A stretch of 64,000 nucleotides of DNA from a virus (Duplodnaviria > Caudoviricetes): IMG/VR virus record IMGVR_UViG_3300020050_009209, one strand, 5' to 3'. The notes below the pieces were generated by a model. It was given only the letters and a program-made list of their open reading frames with translations. It ran no database searches and was not told the origin of the DNA. The first letter of the stretch is position 1, and every line of letters starts with the position of its first letter. Shown here piece after piece: positions 49,250 to 58,555 of the stretch. A program made the position numbers and the translations under genes.

Positions 49250-49972
49250 ATGCTTGGACCGTCAGTTAACAAGACAAAACCAGGAGTGTTCCGCACCTTG
49301 GTCAACTTTCTCTCTCAAGAGGACGTGCTGGGCCCACAGATCAACTCTGCTAAGATCAAAGCACTACAGCTCTATAGGCCCTTGCACTTCCAAATTGTAA
49401 GGGCCAAGGCGTTGCTTAGTCATGGGGATCCTTGGGGTCTAACGAATGCACTAGGGCTCCGAAATTGGTTCCCGATTCGCCATACCCCCAAGGATTACCC
49501 AAAGGTAGACCCAACTCCCTATGTTGATAGTAGTGAGTTAGGTATAGCTCAAGTCTATCGAGTGAGAGAGGGGCTAGGAAGTCCTACGCATTACCACCAA
49601 GACTTGCGTAATACCCCCTACAAAGTCAGGGACACAAGTCAAGTCCCAGCCCTTCCCATCGATACCTTTTTTGATCGAGATGGCGCTATCGTCGTACCTT
49701 CATCTCAAACTCCTGAAGAAATTGAGATTGAAATGAAGAAGTTGACTGAGCTTTGGGAGGACCCCTGGTCCGGCACCTTTGTGTTCAGGGAGGCTGAGGT
49801 GGAGGCTGAGGAGTCTTGGGCCACCTCTCTTGCTCAGCAAGAAAAGAAAGAAGGGCATGGGGTAGCAGCAGCTCGTCATCCTCAGCTTCCCGAGGGTAAG
49901 GCTCTAGACAAAACCATCCAGGACATCGTAGACGCAGGTGGTACAGCAGACCCTAAAAAGGAGGAAAACTAG
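49250..49972 (+). CDS. hypothetical protein
   Basis: 240 aa ORF. Confidence 0.55.
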   Translation: MLGPSVNKTKPGVFRTLVNFLSQEDVLGPQINSAKIKALQLYRPLHFQIVRAKALLSHGDPWGLTNALGLRNWFPIRHTPKDYPKVDPTPYVDSSELGIAQVYRVREGLGSPTHYHQDLRNTPYKVRDTSQVPALPIDTFFDRDGAIVVPSSQTPEEIEIEMKKLTELWEDPWSGTFVFREAEVEAEESWATSLAQQEKKEGHGVAAARHPQLPEGKALDKTIQDIVDAGGTADPKKEEN

Positions 49973-50180
49973 AGTGTTGTTCCAAGTATGGCAAGAAGGA
50001 TTTCGAGCTACAGGTGAAAGTAGTCCAGCCATCTTTCATGGGGAGGTTGAGGCATCGACCTTTCGTGACGCCTGTATTGCTATCTTCAAGGGCAACAGTA
50101 CCTTTGAGGAGAGTACCTTAACCTACTGGGGTTGCCGTCTCTTCGATAACGAAACCAAAGCTCGCAAGTCGTTTGGTTGA
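49938..50180 (+). CDS. hypothetical protein (start uncertain)
   Basis: WQEGFRATG...YWGCRLFDNE..ARKSFG. Confidence 0.55.
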   Translation: MVQQTLKRRKTRVLFQVWQEGFRATGESSPAIFHGEVEASTFRDACIAIFKGNSTFEESTLTYWGCRLFDNETKARKSFG

Positions 50181-50195
50181 GCTTTACTAGAGCGT

Positions 50196-50234
50196 GAAGA
50201 AGGGGCTTAGAGTCGTACTCTAAGCCCCTTCTTC
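50196..50234. terminator. perfect 18-bp inverted repeat between convergent genes, probable bidirectional terminator
   Basis: GAAGAAGGGGCTTAGAGT-CGT-ACTCTAAGCCCCTTCTTC. Confidence 0.8.
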
Positions 50235-50518
50235 TATATCGTGGTAACTTCCCCACGGGTCACATAGCCATGCCAGCAATCCAAGCTAATGCTCGGAGAC
50301 AGGGAGAGACTCTCCAACGTAGTACCTGCTACCTCCCACTGCTTGGCTCCCAAAACTGCTGTATCTTGGACCCCATGGTCTCGGAACCAGATCAGTATGG
50401 AGTGCTTGGTGCAAGGGCAATCGAAGACGACTCCTTGCGATGCCTCAAAGGTACCTACCACCCTAAATCCATCTGTTGTCACCTGTACAAAGTTAGCCTC
50501 TAGCTCCGTTAGTCGCAT
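50234..50518 (-). CDS. DUF6527-like protein
   Basis: FDCPC...SLSPSI..DCWHGYVTRG. Confidence 0.6.
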   Translation of the reverse strand: MRLTELEANFVQVTTDGFRVVGTFEASQGVVFDCPCTKHSILIWFRDHGVQDTAVLGAKQWEVAGTTLESLSLSPSISLDCWHGYVTRGEVTTI

Positions 50519-50763
50519 GGCTCATCACCCTCTTGATACTCAGAGAGTAAAGACTCATCATAGGCTCGCTCAGCGTCAAATTCTTCTAGGTCGGCCCGCT
50601 CCCAAAATGAGTGGTCCTCTGTAGCTTCGAGCACGAGAAGACCTATATCTTCCAGTTTCCGTAGGTCTCGGATGGGTACGGGTTCCGATTTGCTCGCTGG
50701 GGCACACCAGTAACAAAGGCACTGGTACCCTGTCTTAGCTGGACGTCGCCTTGACCGGCTCAT
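50509..50763 (-). CDS. hypothetical protein
   Basis: overlapping operon; CLCYWC. Confidence 0.5.
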   Translation of the reverse strand: MSRSRRRPAKTGYQCLCYWCAPASKSEPVPIRDLRKLEDIGLLVLEATEDHSFWERADLEEFDAERAYDESLLSEYQEGDEPCD

Positions 50764-51029
50764 GTTACTTCGATCTGAAGGCTCTTGAATTGAGATTGCA
50801 AGCTACCTTGAATTCGGGGTAGGAAGTCGGGGGAGGTGGCTGGAGTTATCCTTGGTGCGGACCCCACCTCGCTCCCCTCATCAACCCACTCGAACAAGCC
50901 TTGGCTTAACCAGCGTTCGACTGTAGCCGAGAACTTGGGCTTGGTTTCTACCATTCGAGAATGCCCCTCCATCTGCTCGATGACAAACAGAGTTTCCCCA
51001 TCGGCATTTCGTACGGTTAAAACTGCCAC
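50760..51029 (-). CDS. hypothetical protein
   Basis: GAGG RBS, ATGA overlap. Confidence 0.55.
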   Translation of the reverse strand: MAVLTVRNADGETLFVIEQMEGHSRMVETKPKFSATVERWLSQGLFEWVDEGSEVGSAPRITPATSPDFLPRIQGSLQSQFKSLQIEVT

Positions 51030-51052
51030 GCTACCTCTAGGCTGTAAATAGG

Positions 51053-51099
51053 GACAGCTCCAATAGGCCTGGGGGGGAGGTGGGCCTACTGGAGCTGTC
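51053..51099. other. long GC-rich intergenic stem-loop
   Basis: GACAGCTCCA-A-TAGGCC...GGCCTA-C-TGGAGCTGTC. Confidence 0.65.
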
Positions 51100-51209
51100 T
51101 AGTTGTAAGTTAGGGAATCGAACCCATGCTGCTACCGACTAACTCTCACATTTCAAGCAGTGTAATCCTTAGGGTACGGTAAGGCAAGCCCAATCTTTAG
51201 GAGGAGAGC

Positions 51210-51395
51210 CTAATCCCGTTCGATCCTAAGCCGTAGCGCTGAAAGGATTGTGTTTGCAAGTCGTTCGGAGGGGGCTCTTTTTGCCCATTTGGCTAGGCGT
51301 GCAATGTCAGTAACCTCTACCTCATGTTGGAGGAGTCTGGTACTAATCCACTTTGCTGCTATAGCTGGGCTTCGACGGTTGAACTTGGATCGCAT
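51210..51395 (-). CDS. hypothetical basic protein
   Basis: 61 aa ORF. Confidence 0.4.
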   Translation of the reverse strand: MRSKFNRRSPAIAAKWISTRLLQHEVEVTDIARLAKWAKRAPSERLANTILSALRLRIERD

Positions 51396-51464
51396 TTTTA
51401 GTCACTTTGGTTCGGTAACTGGTGTACACTGGTTAGTAGGTGTGCAACCTAGTAGGAGTATAAG

Positions 51465-51830
51465 ATGAACGATACCGAGTATGTAGCAGAGTTGATTCGA
51501 AAAGCCAACGTGCTTGTCGCAGACCTGAAGATCGACAAGTCGCAGGTCGTAGACGTGGCTAGACTTTTGCATGAGGTTCGCAAGCGTAAGGAGACCAGCA
51601 GCCCCTACAAGAGCGGAAAGTCCGATCCTGTAGCTGAGGCACGTAAGGCTCCACGTAAGCCTATGATTGTTCGACCCATAGCCAAAGCTACGGTAAGAAC
51701 CGAAGCTAAGCCTGCGCCGGGTCATCTCGGTCGACCCTGCAACCACGTCGAAGCTCCAAAAGCTCCAAAAGTAGATGTAGCTCCACTCCCCCCGCCGCCC
51801 CCGCCCGTCAAAAAGCCAAGGAAGCGGTAA
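51465..51830 (+). CDS. hypothetical basic/Pro-rich protein
   Basis: AGGAG RBS. Confidence 0.55.
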   Translation: MNDTEYVAELIRKANVLVADLKIDKSQVVDVARLLHEVRKRKETSSPYKSGKSDPVAEARKAPRKPMIVRPIAKATVRTEAKPAPGHLGRPCNHVEAPKAPKVDVAPLPPPPPPVKKPRKR

Positions 51831-52073
51831 GTGCTCACCTACTTCGTAGAGTCTTCTCGGAGACTCTTCTCGGAGACTCTACGAAGTATTCCCATTTCGT
51901 GGAAGAAAAGGTTGTAGTGACCAACGAGACGAAGTGCCCCTGTACGCGTTGTAGGCCAGCAACCTACCGGGTAGCCGTGTGCCCACATTGCGGTCACGAC
52001 GCGTCGTGGTGTCAATGTGTTGGCAACGTAGGAAGCAACGCACCATTCAACTCCCCATCTAACGACGAATCCA

Positions 52074-52493
52074 ATGATCCCCAAGATATCTGATACTCGA
52101 CTCAAGCAACTCGCAAAAAAGATTCGACCTGTCGTACGAGGATCCAACGGTACCCTTCACTACATTAAGCCTGTTAACCTGAAGGAGACGGCCTTCACCT
52201 GGGATCCAGATCTTGCGGAAGAAACCATTTCTCCCACACTTATCACAACAATCCGCACCTTGCACACCTACGGGTACCATGGTTTTTTCAAGCCGAGCAT
52301 TGCTGAGGTTCTTGCTCAAATCCCACTCGATCTTCTGAACTCAGTGGATGCTTTCGAGACCCATGGCCCCGATACGGCTGAGGACTTTTACCAAGACGAG
52401 GAAACCACGAATGCCTTCAATAGTGGTTTCCACACAGCTAAGACTATGCTCTACCGTAGCACTCAGCCGCAGTCGCGCTTCGAGAGGATCTAG
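52074..52493 (+). CDS. hypothetical protein ending SRFERI
   Basis: TLHTYGYHGFFKPSIAEVLAQIP. Confidence 0.65.
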   Translation: MIPKISDTRLKQLAKKIRPVVRGSNGTLHYIKPVNLKETAFTWDPDLAEETISPTLITTIRTLHTYGYHGFFKPSIAEVLAQIPLDLLNSVDAFETHGPDTAEDFYQDEETTNAFNSGFHTAKTMLYRSTQPQSRFERI

Positions 52494-52495
52494 TC

Positions 52496-52858
52496 ATGAG
52501 TACTCTACCTAGGGCCCGTAAGATTGTCGTTGATACTCCAACGGGTAAGACCCTGTTTTTCTGGAACTTAGGTTCAGGTAAGGGCCACCTCATGGGTATG
52601 TCAGGTCCTGGGGTTACTCTCACTGTCATGTCGAGTAGCTCAACTAGGGCGATCCTACAGATGAGTCTAGCCTCGAAAACTTACGCCGCACAGAACTCCT
52701 ACGACGAGGAGCACACCGGAGTTAAGTCTTCTCTTACCCCCAAAGATGTAAAGTGCGCCATCGAGTATGCCCTGCGTGCGGGCTGGAACCTCAACGAGAA
52801 GAGGGTTTTTTCTCCAAAGGGTCCGCTGGACCTGGAAGAATATGAACTTTTACCTTAA
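52496..52858 (+). CDS. hypothetical protein
   Basis: LTPKDVKCAIEYALRAGW. Confidence 0.55.
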   Translation: MSTLPRARKIVVDTPTGKTLFFWNLGSGKGHLMGMSGPGVTLTVMSSSSTRAILQMSLASKTYAAQNSYDEEHTGVKSSLTPKDVKCAIEYALRAGWNLNEKRVFSPKGPLDLEEYELLP

Positions 52859-52889
52859 GCTCTAGGTCTCCTTAGCCGTAGGTTCAGAC

Positions 52890-53060
52890 ATGGAACTCTT
52901 TCGCATCCAAATCAAGTCCGAAGACCTCCCCCGCCGTAGCCCACTCCTTGTGGCTCTTGTGGCTCGACACGGTGGTGGCGTCAAGATCATGAAGGATCGT
53001 CGCACCCCTCGTGGGGGTAACCGCAACAAGCAGCGTGATTACCGTAGCGATAACTACTGA
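52890..53060 (+). CDS. 56-aa basic protein (absent from the ORF track)
   Basis: MELFRIQIKSEDLPRRSPLL...MKDRRTPRGGNRNKQRDY. Confidence 0.5.
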   Translation: MELFRIQIKSEDLPRRSPLLVALVARHGGGVKIMKDRRTPRGGNRNKQRDYRSDNY

Positions 53061-53071
53061 GGAGATGTAAA

Positions 53072-53251
53072 ATGACCTACGACATCAGCACGAAGATCAA
53101 AGCCGAAGCATTTGTTCAGATGGTAGTGGAGTCTACCGCCCCTCCGTCAAAGATCCGCAACGCACTTGAGGAGGGCTACGAGCGTGCGGATAAAGCAGCT
53201 AACCGAGAGGTTGCGCTTGTCTTCAAGCATGCTATCGAAGACTTCGCCTAG
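53072..53251 (+). CDS. 59-aa protein (absent from the ORF track)
   Basis: GAGGAG RBS; MTYDISTKIKAEAFVQM... Confidence 0.55.
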   Translation: MTYDISTKIKAEAFVQMVVESTAPPSKIRNALEEGYERADKAANREVALVFKHAIEDFA

Positions 53252-53412
53252 GGTCTCGGTCACCTAGCCAGTACCAGACAAATGCCGAGGTACTGGCTAG
53301 GCTCCCAGAGTTTCGAGCCCTAACGAGTGAGGATTCGAGCAGCGACCTCAACATTCTCCTTGACGACCTACTTGCAGGTAAAAGTCCCATTATTGCTGCA
53401 CTTAGTGCCGAG

Positions 53413-53649
53413 GTGGGGAGCATGCTTGTGGGGTGGGTTGCCTACGAAAGGCTCCCTCGCAGGGGCAAAAGAACAAGCTACATAGTCAACACATTTGTGC
53501 TACCTGAGTACCGGTACCAGGGAATTGCCAACTCCCTTTTGACCTTACTTTTTCAGCACCCTCAGATTGCAGAGACGAAGATCCTAGTAGACCCAGAGCT
53601 TGAGTCCTTCTGCTCTAGGTTCCCAAGATTGAGGGTGTATGGTACCTAA
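53413..53649 (+). CDS. GNAT-like acetyltransferase (probably extends upstream)
   Basis: FVLPEYRYQGIANSLL motif A. Confidence 0.55.
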   Translation: MGSMLVGWVAYERLPRRGKRTSYIVNTFVLPEYRYQGIANSLLTLLFQHPQIAETKILVDPELESFCSRFPRLRVYGT

Positions 53650-53929
53650 GGCGCCTCTTCCTGTTACCTACAAGACCTACGAAGAGTTTCGGGTTGCCGT
53701 ACGGCACATGACGGTGCCCGCAAAAATGACGTTTCGTCAGATCTCAACGAGACTCATTATCGAAACCCCCCTCTCAGCTGCGCAGCGCAAGACCCTAGAT
53801 GGTACCCCTTTTGAAGGGCTATACCGCTACCCGATACTGACCTGCGACGTAGCAGAGGTACTTCGCCATAGTTTGTGGCGACTGTCCTCCCACTTAGACT
53901 CCCCCATCAAACCCACCCCTAGGAAGTGA
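53639..53929 (+). CDS. hypothetical protein
   Basis: operonic ORF. Confidence 0.45.
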   Translation: MVPKAPLPVTYKTYEEFRVAVRHMTVPAKMTFRQISTRLIIETPLSAAQRKTLDGTPFEGLYRYPILTCDVAEVLRHSLWRLSSHLDSPIKPTPRK

Positions 53930-53930
53930 A

Positions 53931-54578
53931 ATGACGCTACCTCGTAAGAAGTCTGAGAAGTTTCTGAGAAAGGCTGGAGCCTGGCTGCAAGGTCAATACG
54001 AGGTGGCCTCGTTCTCGGAACTCCTGTCGATGGCGTTGGAACTTCTAAACTGGAAGCCTAAGCAGTTAGCTACCAAGATGGAGGTTATCCCAGCTACAGT
54101 CTACCGTTGGAAGACCGGTCAATCAAAACCACTTCCTGGAATGCAGAGACTGGTCATACGTAACCTTCACTTGGAGGTGCGTAGTTTGAATGGTACTGCG
54201 AGGAAAAGGAAAAAGACAGTAAGTTACACCGCCAACGCCCAAGAGTGTGTAGGCGGTCATGGTGGTAGAGCCTACGCTACCATTACGTCCAGAGTTACTG
54301 GGTCCCCAGCCCAAGCTCAACTTCATGCGAAGGCTATTAGGTCTGTTCTAGCTACAGCACGGGCTGAGGAGCGTGCTAGAATCGCCCTATTCCATGCAAC
54401 TGGCAGGCTTGGCCTAAGGTTCAGAGCCCTTGACACAGCTTGGATCCGACGAGTAGAGGCAACTCGTGTTGCTGTAGGGCAACTTATGCGAATTGAGGCG
54501 GAGCTAACTCAACGACCCAAGGGCCATCGATCAGTACTCACTAAAGAGATGCTAGAACATGCCGACGATGGAAGCTAA
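53931..54578 (+). CDS. XRE-type HTH protein
   Basis: LNWKPKQLATKMEVIPATVYRWKTGQSKP. Confidence 0.7.
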   Translation: MTLPRKKSEKFLRKAGAWLQGQYEVASFSELLSMALELLNWKPKQLATKMEVIPATVYRWKTGQSKPLPGMQRLVIRNLHLEVRSLNGTARKRKKTVSYTANAQECVGGHGGRAYATITSRVTGSPAQAQLHAKAIRSVLATARAEERARIALFHATGRLGLRFRALDTAWIRRVEATRVAVGQLMRIEAELTQRPKGHRSVLTKEMLEHADDGS

Positions 54579-54628
54579 GCTCCACAAATTATCCCTCAAG
54601 TAACCCCTCTACTGGTGTACTCCATCTC

Positions 54629-55303
54629 ATGCTGAAAACCATGTTCAAACTAGTCGGAATAGCGCTCAAGTACGTTGGAGAGAAGCTTCTCTCTTTTCAT
54701 GGGCAAGACATCGTTCTTCGTCAGACCCCATCTGACCAGGACCTGCTGCAACCTATGCCCATGTGGGCTCCTCTGCACTTCGCTGACTTCCAGCTCCAAC
54801 ATCCGCAATATCGCCAGGAGTTCTGTGATCTTGAGTGGGACCGGTTCGTGAACTACGTTAGGAGGTCTCGAAAAGAAGGTCGCTCAGCTACGATTACAGA
54901 GAGCATTTGGAAGGCCTGGCTGGCTAAGTCTTGGATGGACAAGCAAACCAATGCGACGCAGACTCCCGACGACTCCCCTCAGCTGGAGGCTACCTTCAAG
55001 CCTAGGGCACACAACTACAACCCCAAGGAGCACAAGACGTTCTACCTTGTGGGGGCGAACATCCTACAGCGTCTAGTGGGCTCAACGGCACCTTGTACCG
55101 TACGGGACCTCACGAAGTACTTTGAGACTACTGGTCAGGGTTTTGCAGAGTCAACCATTCGGGGGACGTGCAAGGAACTTGTAAAGGACGGGATCCTCAC
55201 CCAGCTAGTCGATGTGACTCCTGCTACATTTCAGGTAGCGGATGAGGCAGCCGCTCTAGACTTCGTGCAAAAGCACTTGGAACGCACCTCGGAGCCTTCC
55301 TGA
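54629..55303 (+). CDS. hypothetical protein with C-terminal winged-helix-like segment
   Basis: ATG 9 nt after GGTGTA; TVRDL...AESTIRGTCKELVKDGIL. Confidence 0.6.
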   Translation: MLKTMFKLVGIALKYVGEKLLSFHGQDIVLRQTPSDQDLLQPMPMWAPLHFADFQLQHPQYRQEFCDLEWDRFVNYVRRSRKEGRSATITESIWKAWLAKSWMDKQTNATQTPDDSPQLEATFKPRAHNYNPKEHKTFYLVGANILQRLVGSTAPCTVRDLTKYFETTGQGFAESTIRGTCKELVKDGILTQLVDVTPATFQVADEAAALDFVQKHLERTSEPS

Positions 55304-55722
55304 TGGATACCCCCAAGGCCACCCAGATTCCAGGCTCAAAGGTGAGCGAAGGACCCCTTGTACGCATCTACTGTGCGGTTCTGAACGACCTAGAGGAGTT
55401 GGTTGCCATCCCAGAGGTCACAATCAAGCAGGTACAGCAAGCCTCCGGGGTTGTCGAGGTCCTTTGGCCTCTCGGAGTCTACCTCGGGTTTACTGAGGAA
55501 GGGTTGACCCTAGGAATTTACGGTCGAACCTCTACAGGAGAGGTGGTCCATGGGGTATCTCAAAAACCTCTAAGCGTTGACACTTGCCCAGACATTGGCC
55601 CTGAGGTTTGGAACCTTTGGAAGAAGTTGAGGGTCCCCCCATACGTCCTTCACTTCAATATGATGGGTAACTTCGACACGCTCTTTCATCAGACAAGAGA
55701 GCAGCACAACCTGCAAGCTTGA
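55303..55722 (+). CDS. hypothetical protein
   Basis: TGATG overlap. Confidence 0.55.
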   Translation: MDTPKATQIPGSKVSEGPLVRIYCAVLNDLEELVAIPEVTIKQVQQASGVVEVLWPLGVYLGFTEEGLTLGIYGRTSTGEVVHGVSQKPLSVDTCPDIGPEVWNLWKKLRVPPYVLHFNMMGNFDTLFHQTREQHNLQA

Positions 55723-55723
55723 A

Positions 55724-56296
55724 ATGCCTTGCTACAGTACCAATATCTCCACTTTCTCTACCTTACCCGTACCCTTCCAGTTCGAATGGATTGATGCTCC
55801 CTGGGTGAAGTGGGCGCGTAAAGGGGTTCCAGAGGCGTTTGTTGCCGGGTTGGAGGTGAGCGTCACTCTACCAGTAGCTCAACGACAAGTGGACTTCCAC
55901 AGTCCGTTTCCGTTCAGTATCTCTCAGCCTCCTCGATGCCACTGGGTGGTGTATGGGTCAACTTCCAAGCGTCAATGGCCTGTACAGATTGACTACTCAG
56001 ACTACCAAGACCTACTATCTGATTGGACTATCATTGAGGCCTCTCGACCGAGTAAGAAGAACCCTAGTTGGTTTACTGAAGGCCGAACGGTGTATGCTCG
56101 CGATAAGGTACTTGACGAGTGGGATCCCATAGCGTGCAAAATTGCATGCGTTAGAGGTTCTTGGGCTGCAATTGTGACTCTAGATGATAGTGGTAACGTT
56201 GACGTATTTCAAGGGATTTACTCACTTAGAGCATTCCCTTTCAATCCTCTCCTCACTCGCTATGAGCGAGGTATCTTCACCTTTCCAGAAAGTTAA
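55724..56296 (+). CDS. hypothetical protein with C-terminal TRYER
   Basis: operonic ORF. Confidence 0.55.
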   Translation: MPCYSTNISTFSTLPVPFQFEWIDAPWVKWARKGVPEAFVAGLEVSVTLPVAQRQVDFHSPFPFSISQPPRCHWVVYGSTSKRQWPVQIDYSDYQDLLSDWTIIEASRPSKKNPSWFTEGRTVYARDKVLDEWDPIACKIACVRGSWAAIVTLDDSGNVDVFQGIYSLRAFPFNPLLTRYERGIFTFPES

Positions 56297-56299
56297 CCC

Positions 56300-58555
56300 G
56301 TGTCGAATAGCCTAACAAGTACCCCGTCCGTTGCAGAGTTGAACCCAACTACGTTCAACGCCATGATTGACCTCATGCTCACAGTTTCCAGTACGAACAA
56401 GCTGCTGGAAGCTATTGTGAAGGCGGTAGAACTCAACGTAGCGAATCTAGACGAGTCTGTTGAGTCGCTAGCCAAGTCGAATGATGCTCTCTTGGCGGAG
56501 GTACGCCAAACAACGAGAAAAAAGGACAAGGGCATATTCACGAGTACGGAAACAGAAGACCCGTATGCCGATCTACGACATAACGTAGATGGTAACTTCA
56601 TTCAGGTCATCTTCGACATCTACTCCACCCTTCAGACGGGCTACAGTGCCTTGTCTAGGATTGCAAAGGGTCTAATCCCAGGGGAAGTTCTCGTGGTAGG
56701 TGAACGCCTTACGGCCCACCCAAAAACCATTGAGGAGCTGTCTGCATTCTCTGTTCAATACAACATGAACCGAGCAGCGATCAACGACTTTGCCTCTGGT
56801 ACTGTTCTCGCAGAGAGGGCAGATCATGTTGTCGTGGAGATTGGCAACAAGATTGTGAACATCCTTGATCGCTACTACCACACTCTCCTGCAACGGCATG
56901 AGTTTGATGGGGTTCAGGTTCATGGGAATCCCATCTTGACGGACATTGCAATGTCCGTTTACGCGAACGTAGACGCTAACGGGGAGGTCAAGGATGGCAA
57001 AAACCCAGATGAGGTAAGTGCCTACTCTCTACGTAAAGCTATGCTGGTGATTGAGGCAGTCAAGTTTGGACCAATCGGTCAAATCATTGACAACCCAGAC
57101 ACTCTCATGAGTATCATTCGCACCGGGCTAAAGGACCTGAGGGACCTAGGCGTAAAGCTAGCAGACTTTGCCGCACCTACAGCTCAACGGATTCGAAGGC
57201 TACATCCCAACACCTACCGGGAGCCCAAGCGGATCAAGGACCATGTGTTTGAGGCCTCTCTGGGGTACCTGAGCGACTTGGACCCACGAAACGTAGTGTT
57301 TCGAGACAAGCAGCAGATGGCTACCGCAGAAGAGCAGCTGGAAGCCACTTTCAAAAATGAGACTCTAGCTCAGATTGTGAGTAGGCTTAAAGACCCGGAT
57401 TGTTCGCCCACTGACTTGGTCGGATACGTCCTCACTCGTAAGGCAGAGCTTCACAAGTACTACCAGGAGGTCAACAGCTTCTACGTCTGTAAGATTGGGA
57501 CTGGTAACCAATTCTCTGGTGAGGCTCCTGGAGGGTTGACTGTGGTCCCAGGAGTAAAGCCTGTCGTCAATATTGACGATGTAGTGGGATCCGGGTTTGA
57601 CCAGGTAAAGGAGTTCATTCTCCAGATTCGCGAGGGTGCAAAGTGGCATGACTTGTTCCTGGCTACCTCCCCAAGCAAGAGCGGAGACAAGGCAAATGCC
57701 TTGCTTATCGGTCCGCAAGGTTGCGGTAAGTCAGAAGTTTTGCGTGGCATTGGTGGTGACAAGCAAGCCATTGGCATCTACGCTCAACCCTCCGACTTTC
57801 TTACCTGTTGGAAGGGCGAGGCTGAGAAGAACCCAAAGCGTCTCTTTGAGGCAGCACTCAAGCTCCAGAAAGACTCTGGAAAGCAGGTCTTCATCCTGAT
57901 TGATGAGGTGGACACCATCCTCAATGACGACCATGCGCGTGGAGGTTTCGGGTCTACGAACCTGACAACCGAGTTCCAACAACTGATGGATGGTATCCTA
58001 CGATACCCTAACATTGCTGTTTGGAGTGCGACGAACCACCCGGAACGTATCCCAATGCCTATGATTCGACGCTTCTCGAAAGTTGCTGTTGTAGGCGAGC
58101 TAAACCAAGCGGATAGGGTGAAGCTATTGAAGCACTTCACTGGGTTTGTGCCTATCTCCCATGAGTTCCCTGAGGCAGCTTGGGAAGACGCTGCTACTCT
58201 TCTTGAGGGGGCCGTAGGAGACACCCTCCGTAAGGTTGCCGACCACATTTGGCGGGAGAAGATGTCCGACCTAGTACGGAATCACCCGCGAGTTGCAGAG
58301 AAAATTATCGCGAAGTTGACTCAGGATGGGGCCAAAAAGTTCCAGGTCTCTCAACTCACAAAAGAGATGAGAGCCGATATCCATAAGGATATGCGTCCTT
58401 TCGTCGAAGTGACGGCTGAGGACCTCATTGCCTCTACAGCTATCCACCTAGACAACATTGCAATTCGCACGGAGATAGCGACAGCGGTAGAGACTTACGA
58501 GCGATCGAAGCTATTCCTTGCTGGGATTAAGTCCCATGCTACACGAGCTTCTTGA
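56300..58555 (+). CDS. AAA+ ATPase with long N-terminal region
   Basis: LIGPQGCGKS, WKGEAEKN, ILIDEVD, ATNHPERIPMPMIRRF. Confidence 0.85.
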   Translation: MSNSLTSTPSVAELNPTTFNAMIDLMLTVSSTNKLLEAIVKAVELNVANLDESVESLAKSNDALLAEVRQTTRKKDKGIFTSTETEDPYADLRHNVDGNFIQVIFDIYSTLQTGYSALSRIAKGLIPGEVLVVGERLTAHPKTIEELSAFSVQYNMNRAAINDFASGTVLAERADHVVVEIGNKIVNILDRYYHTLLQRHEFDGVQVHGNPILTDIAMSVYANVDANGEVKDGKNPDEVSAYSLRKAMLVIEAVKFGPIGQIIDNPDTLMSIIRTGLKDLRDLGVKLADFAAPTAQRIRRLHPNTYREPKRIKDHVFEASLGYLSDLDPRNVVFRDKQQMATAEEQLEATFKNETLAQIVSRLKDPDCSPTDLVGYVLTRKAELHKYYQEVNSFYVCKIGTGNQFSGEAPGGLTVVPGVKPVVNIDDVVGSGFDQVKEFILQIREGAKWHDLFLATSPSKSGDKANALLIGPQGCGKSEVLRGIGGDKQAIGIYAQPSDFLTCWKGEAEKNPKRLFEAALKLQKDSGKQVFILIDEVDTILNDDHARGGFGSTNLTTEFQQLMDGILRYPNIAVWSATNHPERIPMPMIRRFSKVAVVGELNQADRVKLLKHFTGFVPISHEFPEAAWEDAATLLEGAVGDTLRKVADHIWREKMSDLVRNHPRVAEKIIAKLTQDGAKKFQVSQLTKEMRADIHKDMRPFVEVTAEDLIASTAIHLDNIAIRTEIATAVETYERSKLFLAGIKSHATRAS

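Noticed and set aside
51100..51200. A complete tRNA gene
   Set aside because: Only a T-loop-like piece; no cloverleaf could be built
53633..53640. Other GGTGTA hexamers inside coding regions
   Set aside because: Expected by chance for a 6-mer; only copies at gene starts were counted
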